A DNA stretch of 64,000 nucleotides, from assembly GCA_964588955.1 (NCBI GenBank), contig CAZPQJ010000004.1:5677-69676 (forward strand), written 5' to 3'. The notes under the pieces are model-generated. The model ran no database searches. It had not been told where the DNA came from and saw only the letters and a list, made by a program, of their open reading frames with translations. Each line of letters begins with the position of its first letter. Within the stretch, counting starts at the first letter, position 1. Source of the stretch: an uncultured Gammaproteobacteria bacterium (lineage in GTDB: Bacteria; Patescibacteriota; Patescibacteriia; UBA9934; CAMTUG01). The position numbers were made by a program, and so were the translations under genes. Of this stretch, positions 48,848 to 59,087 are shown piece by piece.

Positions 48848-50032
48848 TTATTCGATCACAATCTTAATATGATCCTTCAAGGTTGGCATGCGGCGCAGCC
48901 AGAAGGGAGAGAATTTGATTTCGACGGATTTGATCGCGTCGGATGATTCCAAACTGGCTTTGACCTGATTAGCAGATTTGCCAAGGAATTGCTGTTTGTC
49001 GAACAAGGTGGAGGTTGGGGCGAGCGTTGCTGTGCCGCCAAGCGTAACACTGACGTTAGCGATTTGGGTGTCGAGATCATACTTGTCAACCGTGACACTC
49101 ACCGCATCAGCGGATCCGACAAGCTCCATTCCTTTAGGAACTTGTTCGTACAACTTGCCTTGGGCAATCTTCAACAAATCTTCTTGTTGATAGAACACCG
49201 CGACGACGCGCAGTTTCATGGAAATAGTAACCTCACTCGCTTCCGTGCCGGGAACGGTGTCGCTCTTTTTCTCCATCACTTCCGTAAAGAAGGCTTCCCC
49301 GCTCCAGGTTCCCCCTGCTTGCAGACGCAACGTTTCTTTGCCCGCTTCGAGCATTTGAGCCTGCAGGGCGTCGGCGGCGGCATCAAGATCAGACTGCGCC
49401 ACGACTTGTACGCTCACGACCCCTCCCGTCGCCGGCACAGAACTTTCGGCGTAAATCGTTTTTTGCAACGCGGCATTTAATCCAGGAATCGTAAACTTGG
49501 TTGGAGCAATGTCGCCTGCGACTCCTGGTTGATCAGCATGCGCCATTACTTGCACCGATCCGCCCGCTGGAGCCGTCACTGCAGAATCAATACGGAATAA
49601 CACGCCGGCGGTGGAAAGCAGGCGCGTGGTGGCTACGAGCGGCTGATCACTAGCGGTGGTGTTGGTAATCGTTACCATCACCCCAGACTTCCCTTCCACT
49701 TGCTTCAAGCCTTCCCCAGCCGTAAGCGGCATGGTGCTCGCTTGCTCAAAGATGGTGCTGACGACCTTGCCGGCAACGTCGGTGTCCGAAGCCGGCGTAG
49801 CGACGACGTCGGCGATGAAATTAGTGCTGACGTCTTTTTGCTCGGGCGTAACATGAATCGTCGCTCGGGTGAACGACAAATACATCACCACGCCAAGCGT
49901 CAAAAAGGTGATGGCCACAAAACTCATGGCGATGCGGCGGTACAGTTTGAGCGATGGCGTCGGCGCAACCGACGGACGCTCGACCGGAGCGGGTTTTCGT
50001 TTAACGGTTTTGCGAACAGGGGTTGCCTCCAT
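48848..50032 (-). CDS. hypothetical membrane-anchored protein
   Basis: 394 aa; basic N-terminus, one TM helix (AMSFVAITFLTLGVVMYL), then a long Thr/Ala/Val-rich beta-type extracytoplasmic region. Confidence 0.6.
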   Translation of the reverse strand: MEATPVRKTVKRKPAPVERPSVAPTPSLKLYRRIAMSFVAITFLTLGVVMYLSFTRATIHVTPEQKDVSTNFIADVVATPASDTDVAGKVVSTIFEQASTMPLTAGEGLKQVEGKSGVMVTITNTTASDQPLVATTRLLSTAGVLFRIDSAVTAPAGGSVQVMAHADQPGVAGDIAPTKFTIPGLNAALQKTIYAESSVPATGGVVSVQVVAQSDLDAAADALQAQMLEAGKETLRLQAGGTWSGEAFFTEVMEKKSDTVPGTEASEVTISMKLRVVAVFYQQEDLLKIAQGKLYEQVPKGMELVGSADAVSVTVDKYDLDTQIANVSVTLGGTATLAPTSTLFDKQQFLGKSANQVKASLESSDAIKSVEIKFSPFWLRRMPTLKDHIKIVIE

Positions 50033-50039
50033 ATAGGAC

Positions 50040-50195
50040 TAGTATAGCAGAACTTTTTTAAAAACTAAAGTCTAAATTCGAAGAACCAAACAAACGACTA
50101 AACACGAAAACGCTAAAGCAAAAACCGGTTTATGCCTTTCATAGTTAAAATTTAGTATTTGTTTAGAATTTCGGATTTCGTATTTAGTATTTTAA
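50040..50195. repeat. degenerate second copy of the ATTTCGN-heptamer repeat element
   Basis: Contains ctaaattcgaag and the heptamer array gaatttcggatttcgtatttagtatttta, similar to 48734-48846. Confidence 0.4.
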
Positions 50196-50202
50196 TCATA
50201 CG

Positions 50203-53200
50203 CTACGGCTGCACCCGCACATTTTCCGCTCCCACAATCCCCTTAACCGCGTCAACAGCATCAACGCGCATGCTATATTCCGTTTCGATGCGACGCAACG
50301 ACCCAGCGGATTCGACGACTAAACATACACGCCCCATGCCGGGATGCGATGCAAACACATCGCGCAAGTCGGCAATCATGTCTTGGCTTGGTTTGCCGCG
50401 CAGGGAGATTTCGATCGTTGGATAGGTACTCGGTTGTTTCGATCGTTCAAACTGCTGTGCGGGAGAGTCCGTCCGTCGATGCTCTTCCTTTTTCTTTTCT
50501 CCTGTTTTTTCCAAACCGTCAGCGACCGATTCCGGAATCCACATTCCCTGACGAATCATTCCCGCCAAATCCGCGGAGTTATGTTCATTGACGGGAAGAA
50601 AGCTCGAAGCAATGAATTTGGTCACCCCATCTTTGGTGGAAACTTTGGCGGAGACAAGCAACACCGCACTGTCGGTGAGCAACGCCTTATTGCTTTCATA
50701 CGTCCGCGGAAAGGCAATCACTTCTGCGGCACCGGAGCTATCCCCCACCATCACGAACGCCATATGCTCCTGCTTTTTGGTGAGAATTTCTTTGATCGCG
50801 TTCACTGCCACGCACACATACACAAACGTGCCGTCGGGCAACAGCAAGGCATCTTTCAAACGATGGATGGAGCCTTCCGCTAAACGATGCACATCTTCAG
50901 TGGGGTGCGCGGAAACATACAGGCCAAGCAACTGTTTCTCCCAGGCCAACTTTTCGAAGGCCGAAGCTGGCGCGGTGGGACGCAAACGCAGCTGCTCCTC
51001 AATGAGCGACGGTACCATATCGAACAACGACCCTTGATTCTGCTCGCGTTGTGATTGACAGGCTTTGTTGTACAACAAAATCTGATCCAGATTTTCCAAC
51101 ATCTGGCGACGCTCGCCGAAACGATCCAACGCCCCCGCTTTAATCAACGCTTCAATCGCTTTACGATTAAAAGCACGGTGATGAATGCGCTTACCAAAAT
51201 CCGCCAAATCCGCGAATGGTCCAGCCTCACGCTCGGCGATCATGGTTTGAATCACGTCCTCTCCAAGATTTTTAATCGCCAAAAGCCCAAACCGCACATG
51301 GGTGTCGTCGATGTAGGTGAAATGCAGACGCGACTCGTTAATATCTGGCGGCAGCACATGAATTCCCATACGCTCGCATTCGGCCACCGCTTCAGCGATT
51401 TTTTCCAAGTCGGCTGACTCGGCGGTCATGAGCGCCGTCATGTAAATCGCCGGGAAGTTGGCTTTCATGTAGGCGGTCTGGTACGCCACCATACCGTAAC
51501 TGGCCGCGTGGGCTTTGTTAAACCCGTAAGCCGCGAACGGTTCAATCAACTTCCACAACTGCGTAGCCAGAGATTTGGACAGCTTGCCCTTCTTAACAAA
51601 TCCATCCAACAACTTTTCTTTCTGCGCAGCCATCTCTTCCGGAATCTTTTTTCCCATCGCCTTACGCAACTTATCCGCTTCAAGCCAGGAATAGCCTGCC
51701 AGTTTAATGGCGATCAACATGACGTCGTCTTGATAGGTAATGATGCCGTAGGATTGGTCCAAAATCTCGGCCATGCGTGGATCCAAATAGCTAATGAGCT
51801 CTGGATGATGTTTGCGGGCAATATACTCAGGAATGGATTCCATTGGCCCTGGACGATACAAGGCCACCATGGCCATGATGTCTTCCACACGCTCAGGCTT
51901 CAGCTCCATCAAATAGTGGGTCATGCCCGATCCACCAAGCTGAAAGACGCCCATGGTTTGGCCCTCCGCAAGAAGCTTAAACGTTTTCGGATCGTCGATG
52001 GGAATTTGTTCGGCGACGATCGTCTGCCCCTTGAGGGTTTTCACAAGAGCAATCGCGTCACCCAAAATCGACAAGTTGCGGATTCCTAAAAAGTCCATTT
52101 TCAAAACCCCCGCGGCTTCTACGGTCTTCATTTCGTACTGGGTGAGAATACGCCCTTCGCGCGATTCAATTTGCAACGGCGTATATTCCGTGAGCGGTAG
52201 TGGCGAAATAACCACGCCGGCGGCGTGAATGGAAACGTGACGGCCGCAACCCTCGATTTGCATCGCCAAGTCAATCAAACGCTTCACTTGGGCGTTGGAT
52301 TTATAGAGCTTGCCAAAGTCAGGGTTTTCCTCAAGCGCGCGTTTCAAACTCATGGGAAAGCCTTGGCTGCCTGGTGGCACCATTTTCGCAATGCGATCGC
52401 AATCGCTGTGAGGAAAAGCCAATGCACGACCAACGTCGCGCACGGAACCACGAGCCATCATCGTTCCAAAGGTACAAATCTGTGCCACTTTGTCTGCACC
52501 GTACTTGTCGCGCACATAGTTGTAAACTTCTTCACGACGGTTATCGGCAAAGTCGCCGTCCACGTCAGGTGCGCTTGGACGTTCTGGGTTTAAGAAACGT
52601 TCAAACGGCAACTTATAAACAATTGGATTAACCGTACTAATACCAATGGAGAAACCAACCAGCGATCCTGCGGCCGATCCACGCGTGGTCGTCATGATCC
52701 CGTTTTTGCGCGACCATTCAATATAGTCGGAGACAACCAAAAAGTACGGAGCAAATCCTTTTTGTTCAATAACGCTCAATTCATAATCAATGCGCTTGAG
52801 CATCTCATCGGTCACTTCTGGAACTTTGCCGGGCAATTCTTTCAACGCGCGCTCACGCAACCACGTCTGTGCGGTGTGACCTTCTGGGATTTCAATATTC
52901 GGGAAGTTCCACTTTCCCAATTCCATGGTGACATTGCATCGATCAGCAATTTTTCGCGTGTTCTCGATCGCTTCAGGCACATCGGCAAAACGTTTTTCAA
53001 TCTCCTCCCCAGCACAAAAAGACGCGTCAAAATCGACCGCCTGCATGCGTTCGTAATCCTCCAAGGTCTTTCCACTCTTAATACAAGAAAGGATTTTCCA
53101 TGCCTCGGCGTCGGTTGGCTTCAAGTAGTACGTGTCTTTGGTAACAACAAGCGGAATGTTGAGCTTGTGTCCGATTTCAATAAGCACGGCGTTCACGGCA

Positions 53201-53769
53201 CGCGCGTCGGCAAGCTCCGGACGATCAACAAGCTCAAGATAAAAGTGATTGGGACCAAATATCTCCGCGTACTCCCGCGCCACCTCTTCCGCCTTGTCGA
53301 CTTCCCCGTTGCGAATCAAGGTCGGAATTTCTCCGTAGTGGGAGCCAGACAAGGCAATAATGCCGTGATCTGATTCCGCGCAAAATGTTTTCAACACTTC
53401 CTTATCAATGCGTGGCTTGTAATAAAAGCCTTCCATGAAACCCACCGTGGCAATTTTCATGAGTCGCTTGTAGCCGTCGTTCGTCTCCGCCAGCAGAACT
53501 AAACGATACGGCTTGTTGTCGATCTTGGGACGCTTTTCAAACCGCCCGTAAGCGGCCACATACGCGTCCATACCGATGATCGGCTTAATACCTTCATCTG
53601 TCGCCTTTTGATAAAACTCAACCGCTCCATACATGACCCCGTTATCCGTAATCGCAAAAGTATCCATTTCCTGAGCTTTGGCCTGTTTAACCAAGGCTTT
53701 TACCTTTGGCAAAGCTTCCAACAAAGAGTAGTGGGAGTGGACGTGAAGATGGACAAACTTGGAGGCCAT
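50203..53769 (-). CDS. dnaE: DNA polymerase III alpha subunit
   Basis: 1188 aa; PHP domain (HLHVHSHYS), polymerase core and OB-fold. Confidence 0.95.
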   Translation of the reverse strand: MASKFVHLHVHSHYSLLEALPKVKALVKQAKAQEMDTFAITDNGVMYGAVEFYQKATDEGIKPIIGMDAYVAAYGRFEKRPKIDNKPYRLVLLAETNDGYKRLMKIATVGFMEGFYYKPRIDKEVLKTFCAESDHGIIALSGSHYGEIPTLIRNGEVDKAEEVAREYAEIFGPNHFYLELVDRPELADARAVNAVLIEIGHKLNIPLVVTKDTYYLKPTDAEAWKILSCIKSGKTLEDYERMQAVDFDASFCAGEEIEKRFADVPEAIENTRKIADRCNVTMELGKWNFPNIEIPEGHTAQTWLRERALKELPGKVPEVTDEMLKRIDYELSVIEQKGFAPYFLVVSDYIEWSRKNGIMTTTRGSAAGSLVGFSIGISTVNPIVYKLPFERFLNPERPSAPDVDGDFADNRREEVYNYVRDKYGADKVAQICTFGTMMARGSVRDVGRALAFPHSDCDRIAKMVPPGSQGFPMSLKRALEENPDFGKLYKSNAQVKRLIDLAMQIEGCGRHVSIHAAGVVISPLPLTEYTPLQIESREGRILTQYEMKTVEAAGVLKMDFLGIRNLSILGDAIALVKTLKGQTIVAEQIPIDDPKTFKLLAEGQTMGVFQLGGSGMTHYLMELKPERVEDIMAMVALYRPGPMESIPEYIARKHHPELISYLDPRMAEILDQSYGIITYQDDVMLIAIKLAGYSWLEADKLRKAMGKKIPEEMAAQKEKLLDGFVKKGKLSKSLATQLWKLIEPFAAYGFNKAHAASYGMVAYQTAYMKANFPAIYMTALMTAESADLEKIAEAVAECERMGIHVLPPDINESRLHFTYIDDTHVRFGLLAIKNLGEDVIQTMIAEREAGPFADLADFGKRIHHRAFNRKAIEALIKAGALDRFGERRQMLENLDQILLYNKACQSQREQNQGSLFDMVPSLIEEQLRLRPTAPASAFEKLAWEKQLLGLYVSAHPTEDVHRLAEGSIHRLKDALLLPDGTFVYVCVAVNAIKEILTKKQEHMAFVMVGDSSGAAEVIAFPRTYESNKALLTDSAVLLVSAKVSTKDGVTKFIASSFLPVNEHNSADLAGMIRQGMWIPESVADGLEKTGEKKKEEHRRTDSPAQQFERSKQPSTYPTIEISLRGKPSQDMIADLRDVFASHPGMGRVCLVVESAGSLRRIETEYSMRVDAVDAVKGIVGAENVRVQP

Positions 53770-53821
53770 AACAGGGGTAGATTAACACGACTTATCCCCA
53801 TTGACCACAGTCACTTACATG

Positions 53822-53854
53822 CCCCGGTCGCGGCAGACCGGGGATCGCTTTTTT
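53822..53854 (+). terminator. terminator-like hairpin (ccccggtc-gcggca-gaccgggg then T6) in the dnaE upstream region
   Basis: Seen directly; no plus-strand gene ends nearby, so it may be an sRNA terminator or an attenuator. Confidence 0.3.
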
Positions 53855-53942
53855 CAAAAACGAACGGAGCCTTTTAGAGAATTGTATATGCGGGAGTCTC
53901 TACACCCGCGATGCAGATGTGACCCCTCTCAACTGGAGTGCC

Positions 53943-53987
53943 AAAATGAATTTTTTGAACACAATTTGTGTTCAACTTTTTCATTTT
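53943..53987. promoter_or_regulatory. about 45-bp near-perfect palindrome with core TTGAACACA-ATT-TGTGTTCAA; candidate operator about 190 bp upstream of dnaE
   Basis: Seen directly; the flanks AAAATGAA / TTCATTTT extend the dyad. Confidence 0.4.
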
Positions 53988-54126
53988 GAGGGTCAGGAAG
54001 AGGGCATGCTTCCAACCCAGTTTTGACTAGGTATATCGTGGAGGACTACAGGATAATATCTCTCATACATCTGTATGATACCGATTTAGAAACACGTACT
54101 TTGACGGGCTATTAATTTCAACACAT

Positions 54127-54152
54127 AAGGCGGGGCATGGTAGCCCCGCCTA
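54127..54152. repeat. third copy of the 26-nt GC-rich palindromic element
   Basis: Exact match to the arms at 47754-47817. Confidence 0.6.
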
Positions 54153-54175
54153 TACAAATCAATCCACCCGATCCT

Positions 54176-54466
54176 CTAAAAGGCATCTTCCTTTCCCTTC
54201 GCCCGCTTCTTTTCCATGGCGTACTCAACTACCCGTTCAATACCTTTGCCGACGATGCCGACCATTCCGCTCATGTGTTCGAACTTCTCACGGACGCCGA
54301 CAATCGCTTTTTCAATCAATCCAAGTTTTTCGCGAGCGTCGGAAACGGTATCGTTGACGTTCTTCAAAATCATCGCCACTTGCCAAATGAGCCAACTCAC
54401 GAACAAGGTGAACCACAACACGCAAAAGGCGAGGACGAAAAATAAAATATCTTTAGAATCAATCAT
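54176..54466 (-). CDS. small membrane protein (DUF948-like)
   Basis: 96 aa; N-terminal TM helix followed by a charged helical region. Confidence 0.5.
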   Translation of the reverse strand: MIDSKDILFFVLAFCVLWFTLFVSWLIWQVAMILKNVNDTVSDAREKLGLIEKAIVGVREKFEHMSGMVGIVGKGIERVVEYAMEKKRAKGKEDAF

Positions 54467-54480
54467 AGGGGAGAGATAAA

Positions 54481-54521
54481 AGAGAAAATAGGAGAAAAGA
54501 GAAACGGTAAGATACCCGTTT
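54481..54521 (-). terminator. intrinsic terminator after pheT
   Basis: Stem aaacgg / ccgttt with 8-nt loop; on the minus strand it is followed by a U-rich run. Confidence 0.4.
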
Positions 54522-56910
54522 ATCGAATAATAGCACTAAACTGACTTTGCAGCACGTTGACCACGGATTGCATCACCGCATCGGCCTCTTCAGAAGACAA
54601 CGTACGATCGCTGGCGCGCAAACTCAAACGGAAAGCCATTGATTTTTTCCCCGGATCAATCCCCTTACCTTGATAGACATCGAGCAAAGCCACGTCGGCA
54701 ATCAATGCATTGGCTTTATGAATCGTCGTCACGACCTCCTCATAGGTAGAGCGCTCAGCAAGCACGAAGGAAACATCACGAATGGTGTCTTGGAAGACCG
54801 GTACTTCTGTGTAGGTTTTACGGACACCGAAATGCGGGAGCAACTTCTCCACGTTCATCCCCACAATCACCACTTGCTTGTCGATGCCGAAGCGATTGGC
54901 GTAGGTGGATGATAATTGTCCGATCGCTCCAATCGTTTGTCCGTTCCAGGTAAGCGTGGCTGAGCGACCCGGATGCAAAAACGGAATAGCGCTTTGAGCG
55001 GTAAACGTAGCACCGTTCAGCCCCGTTTCGCGCCACAAACGTTCGGTAATGCCTTTGGCGCGACGGAAACACGCTTCCGCGTTGGATCCATACACAGCGA
55101 TCGCCAAATGCCATTCGTGTTTTGGAATGTCTCCAGATTGTGCTTCGTGGACGACCGAAAGTTCAAACAATTCCGCTTCGGGGAAACGGTGTTGATTCTG
55201 CTCCACCGCGTTCAACATTGACGGCCAGAGAGAGGTACGCAGGTAAGCCAAATCCTCCGAAAGCGGATTCTGTACGTGCACCATCGCCGCAGGATCCACA
55301 TCCATCTTTTGCAAATCCGCGAGCGATACCAAGGCGAGTCCGTAGGTTTCCGTCAAGCCTGTCGATCGAAGGATCTCTTTGATTTTGCGCTCCCAAATAA
55401 CCGCCGGCTCAACGATCGGGGTTGGCAGTGAACCCGCTGGAATGACCGACGGTAAATTGCCGTAGCCGACCATGCGCGCGACCTCTTCCACGAAATCGAC
55501 TGAGTCTTCAATATCGTGATCGCGCCAATACGGGACAGTGACATTTCCTTTATCCACTTCAAATCCTAAGCCTTCTAAAATCTCCACCTGCTTCTTCATC
55601 GGCACGTCGATGCCGATCAAGCCACTGACGCGCTCAGAATCATAAGGGAAGGACAATGGTTGATATTTCTGTGCGCGCTCGTCGACAATCTCGGAAGCGA
55701 CGTTGCCGCCGGTCAGTTCACAAATAAGTTCAATAGCACGATGCAAAGCAGCCGTGGTCGATTCGGTGGACAATCCTTTTTCAAATAAACTCGAAGAATC
55801 CGAATACAAATTCAAGGCACGCGCCGTGCGGCGCACCGAGACAGGATTGAAACAGGCGGATTCGATCACTAATCGCGTCGTCGCTTCGGTTGTCCCCGTT
55901 GGCTCGCCTCCCATTACGCCAGCCACTGCCACCGGACGCGCACCGTCGCAAATAGCCAACATCGAAGGATCGAGTTCGTATTCCTTGCCATCGAGCGCCA
56001 AGATCTTTTCCCCCTTCTTGGCTTTACGGACAATAATTTTCTCGCCTTCAAGCTTGTCCGCGTCAAAGGCATGCAATGGCTGACCAAGTTCATGCAAAAT
56101 ATAATTGGTGATGTCTACCACATTGTTGATCGGACGATGTCCTGCCAACAACAACCGTTTTTGCATCCACCACGGCGACGGAGCGACTTTCACATTTTCA
56201 ATCACTACCGCTTGATACCGCGGGCACAAATCCGATGCCTCAACCCTCACATCCATTTTCGCCTTTCCCTTTCCCTTTTCCGTTTTCGGATTTGTTTCGA
56301 ATTTCGGATTTCGCATTTCGCATTTTCCAAGCCCTGCCGCCCCCGCTTCCCGCGCCAATCCCACAATCGACATTGCATCCGGTCGATTGGTGGTGACTTC
56401 AATATCGAACAGCACGTCGTCAAGATCGAGCGCTTCAGCAAGCGGCGTGCCAGGTTTCGCGTTTGTGATCTCGGTCAGATCCCAAATTTCTTTTTCGCCT
56501 TGCTTTAATTTTTCAAATCCGATTTCGCTGGCCGCACAAATCATTCCAAAACTTTTTACTCCGCGCAATTCCGTTTCTTTGATTTCCATCAACTCGCCTT
56601 CACCATGCCATTTTACTTTCGATCCAGGAAGCGCGACGGCGACTAAGTGCCCAACTTCAAGGTTAGATCCACCGCAGACAATCTCCACCTCCTCGCCGAC
56701 ATCGGTCACCACGACACGAAGTTTGTCCGCATTCGGATGCGGCTTCACTTCCAAAACTTTTCCAACCACCATGTGATCAAAGGACGCCCCAACATCAATA
56801 CTACGTTCCACGCTATTCCCCACCTCGGTCATGCGACGCACAAATTCCTCCACCGACGGTGTTTTTTTGACGTACTCTTTTAGCCAATCAAAGGAGGCAA
56901 GGATGTTCAT
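54520..56910 (-). CDS. pheT: phenylalanyl-tRNA synthetase beta subunit
   Basis: 796 aa; tRNA-binding, B3/B4, B5 and anticodon-binding domains. Contains an in-frame heptamer-repeat insertion (see the repeat at 56288-56328). Confidence 0.95.
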   Translation of the reverse strand: MNILASFDWLKEYVKKTPSVEEFVRRMTEVGNSVERSIDVGASFDHMVVGKVLEVKPHPNADKLRVVVTDVGEEVEIVCGGSNLEVGHLVAVALPGSKVKWHGEGELMEIKETELRGVKSFGMICAASEIGFEKLKQGEKEIWDLTEITNAKPGTPLAEALDLDDVLFDIEVTTNRPDAMSIVGLAREAGAAGLGKCEMRNPKFETNPKTEKGKGKAKMDVRVEASDLCPRYQAVVIENVKVAPSPWWMQKRLLLAGHRPINNVVDITNYILHELGQPLHAFDADKLEGEKIIVRKAKKGEKILALDGKEYELDPSMLAICDGARPVAVAGVMGGEPTGTTEATTRLVIESACFNPVSVRRTARALNLYSDSSSLFEKGLSTESTTAALHRAIELICELTGGNVASEIVDERAQKYQPLSFPYDSERVSGLIGIDVPMKKQVEILEGLGFEVDKGNVTVPYWRDHDIEDSVDFVEEVARMVGYGNLPSVIPAGSLPTPIVEPAVIWERKIKEILRSTGLTETYGLALVSLADLQKMDVDPAAMVHVQNPLSEDLAYLRTSLWPSMLNAVEQNQHRFPEAELFELSVVHEAQSGDIPKHEWHLAIAVYGSNAEACFRRAKGITERLWRETGLNGATFTAQSAIPFLHPGRSATLTWNGQTIGAIGQLSSTYANRFGIDKQVVIVGMNVEKLLPHFGVRKTYTEVPVFQDTIRDVSFVLAERSTYEEVVTTIHKANALIADVALLDVYQGKGIDPGKKSMAFRLSLRASDRTLSSEEADAVMQSVVNVLQSQFSAIIR
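56288..56328. repeat. ATTTCGN heptamer array embedded in-frame within pheT
   Basis: About 40 nt, nearly identical to 48807-48846; encodes EMRNPKFETNPK within a Lys/Gly-rich insertion of PheT. Confidence 0.5.
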
Positions 56911-56940
56911 AGCGTGGACAATTCGTGAATTGTCCCTACG

Positions 56941-57990
56941 TTAAAATTGATTCAAAAACCGCAGATCGTTTTGATACAACACGCGAATGTCTTTAATGCG
57001 AATGCCGTCACGCATCATGAGTGTGCGCTCAACGCCCCAGCCAAAAGCGAAACCACTGTACACAGCCGGATCAACCCCGCCGGCGCGAAGGACGTTCGGG
57101 TGGATCATGCCGGATCCACCGAGCTCAACCCAACCGGATTTGCACAAACGACAACGCTCGCCTTTAACCATTCCGGTTCCGTCGCACACGCCACAAGAAA
57201 TATCTACTTCGAAACTTGGCTCGGTAAAACGAAAATGGTGCGGACGCAAGCGCGTCACGCGTGTCGGTCCAAAAAAGGCTTTGGCAAAATAATCCATCAC
57301 CCCTTTCAAATGCGTAACATTGACACCTTTATCGACCATGAATCCTTCAAATTGGTGAAACATTGGGATGTGACTGACATCTGATTGTCGACGATAACAG
57401 CGACCAATGTTAATCATGCGAATCGGCAACTTCCCTTTCTGCAACTCTCGCACTTGGGAATTTGACGTGTGTGGCGTTAAAACAATTTTGCCGCGCTTTC
57501 CTGCTGGAGCGTCAACAAAAAATGTTTCCCAATTATCCCGAGCCGGATGATCTTCTGGGAAGTTGAGCGCTTCGAACGCGTACCAATCCCAATCGACGTC
57601 TGGAGCGATCACACGGGTGAAACCAATGCGCGAAAAAATATCTTCAATCTCGGCGACGGCTTGGCTCGTAAGATGCAAATGCCCTTCCTGCGGAGCAACG
57701 CCGGGCAAGGTGACGTCGATCCATTCTTTATCTGCCAAAGTCGACGACGTTTTTTGTTCGATCGTGCTCATGTGTGCCTCAAACAACGATTCCATCTCCT
57801 GCTTCACGGCATTCAAACGCGCGCCAGCTTCTTTACGCTCAGCGTCAGACATAGCGGCGAGACCCTTCATCGCCTCGGCCAGTTTACCTTTTCGCCCAAA
57901 AAAAGCGACGCGGGCGGCTTCCAGGCCAGCAGCATCTTCCACGGTTTCTAAGGCTTTTTTGAGTTCTTCAACCAGAGGGTGGAGAGACAT
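56941..57990 (-). CDS. pheS: phenylalanyl-tRNA synthetase alpha subunit
   Basis: 349 aa; class II motifs and the FPFTEPS-type motif 2 region (FRFTEPSFEVD). Confidence 0.95.
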   Translation of the reverse strand: MSLHPLVEELKKALETVEDAAGLEAARVAFFGRKGKLAEAMKGLAAMSDAERKEAGARLNAVKQEMESLFEAHMSTIEQKTSSTLADKEWIDVTLPGVAPQEGHLHLTSQAVAEIEDIFSRIGFTRVIAPDVDWDWYAFEALNFPEDHPARDNWETFFVDAPAGKRGKIVLTPHTSNSQVRELQKGKLPIRMINIGRCYRRQSDVSHIPMFHQFEGFMVDKGVNVTHLKGVMDYFAKAFFGPTRVTRLRPHHFRFTEPSFEVDISCGVCDGTGMVKGERCRLCKSGWVELGGSGMIHPNVLRAGGVDPAVYSGFAFGWGVERTLMMRDGIRIKDIRVLYQNDLRFLNQF

Positions 57991-58003
57991 AGCAAAATCT
58001 AAC

Positions 58004-59083
58004 TTACCGAACGAACTTTAACAGATCGCGGTAAGTAATCAAGATGACGAGCAACATGAGCAAGGCAAAACCAAGATTGTGAACCACGGTTTCAAACTTG
58101 GCGCTCACCGGTTTGCGACGGAGGACTTCCACCAACACAAAGAAGACACGACCGCCGTCGAGTGCCGGAAACGGCAAAATATTGATTACTGCCAAGTTTA
58201 TGGAAAGCACGGCGGCGAACTGCAACAAATAGGCGAAACCGAGTTTAGCAACTTCGCCGGTCATCACCGCGATACCGACAGGACCAGACAAATCCATGGA
58301 GACTTGCTGATGGACGACAAGATTTTTGATGAGGTTGTAAAAAGCGACGAAAATTTCTTGGGTAAACCATGCCGTTGTTTTAACTCCCTCAATCGGGGCA
58401 CGATACCACGGGTAAGCAACCGTTCCGGAAGTGACGAGACTAACACCGAGCACCACCTTGCCGTCGGCTTCAGCCAAGGCGGAAGGAGTAATCGAATACG
58501 TGAAAAAGTCTTCGCCACGTTTAACTTCTACACTCATGGAACCGTGATGTTCTTGAATGTAGGCGCGGGCGAGATCCGCCGAGGCAAACGTTTGGTCATC
58601 GATCGAGGCAAGTTCATCGCCTGCTTGGATGCCGGCAACGTCTGCCGCGCTGGCATCTGCCACCCCAACGACATGCACAGCTTGATCACGCACGGCCGCC
58701 CCAGACAAATCCACGTCATCAATCACTTGCGGCATGCCGGCCATATATCCGGCCGACAGTAACACCACAGCTAAAATCACGTTCATCACCACGCCAGCCA
58801 CAAGGACAATCAATCGTTTCCAGGCCGGTTTGGACGAAAACGCATCAGGATCGTGACGATCACTTCCCGACTCGCCTTTGATTTTCACAAACCCTCCAAG
58901 CGGAATCCAGTTGATGGAGTAGCGAATGCCATTTTTCACCCGCGACCAAGCGCGTGGAGGAAATCCCACACCAAACTCTTCCACCTTCATACCGAGTTTC
59001 AACGCGGTAAAAAAATGCCCGGCCTCGTGAGCGATCACGAGCACCGAGAGGACGACAACGAAAAGAAGAATAGAACCAAGCAT
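58004..59083 (-). CDS. rseP: RIP site-2 zinc metalloprotease (RseP-like)
   Basis: 359 aa; HEAGHF zinc motif in TM1, PDZ domain, LDGG motif. Confidence 0.9.
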   Translation of the reverse strand: MLGSILLFVVVLSVLVIAHEAGHFFTALKLGMKVEEFGVGFPPRAWSRVKNGIRYSINWIPLGGFVKIKGESGSDRHDPDAFSSKPAWKRLIVLVAGVVMNVILAVVLLSAGYMAGMPQVIDDVDLSGAAVRDQAVHVVGVADASAADVAGIQAGDELASIDDQTFASADLARAYIQEHHGSMSVEVKRGEDFFTYSITPSALAEADGKVVLGVSLVTSGTVAYPWYRAPIEGVKTTAWFTQEIFVAFYNLIKNLVVHQQVSMDLSGPVGIAVMTGEVAKLGFAYLLQFAAVLSINLAVINILPFPALDGGRVFFVLVEVLRRKPVSAKFETVVHNLGFALLMLLVILITYRDLLKFVR

Positions 59084-59087
59084 GCAA

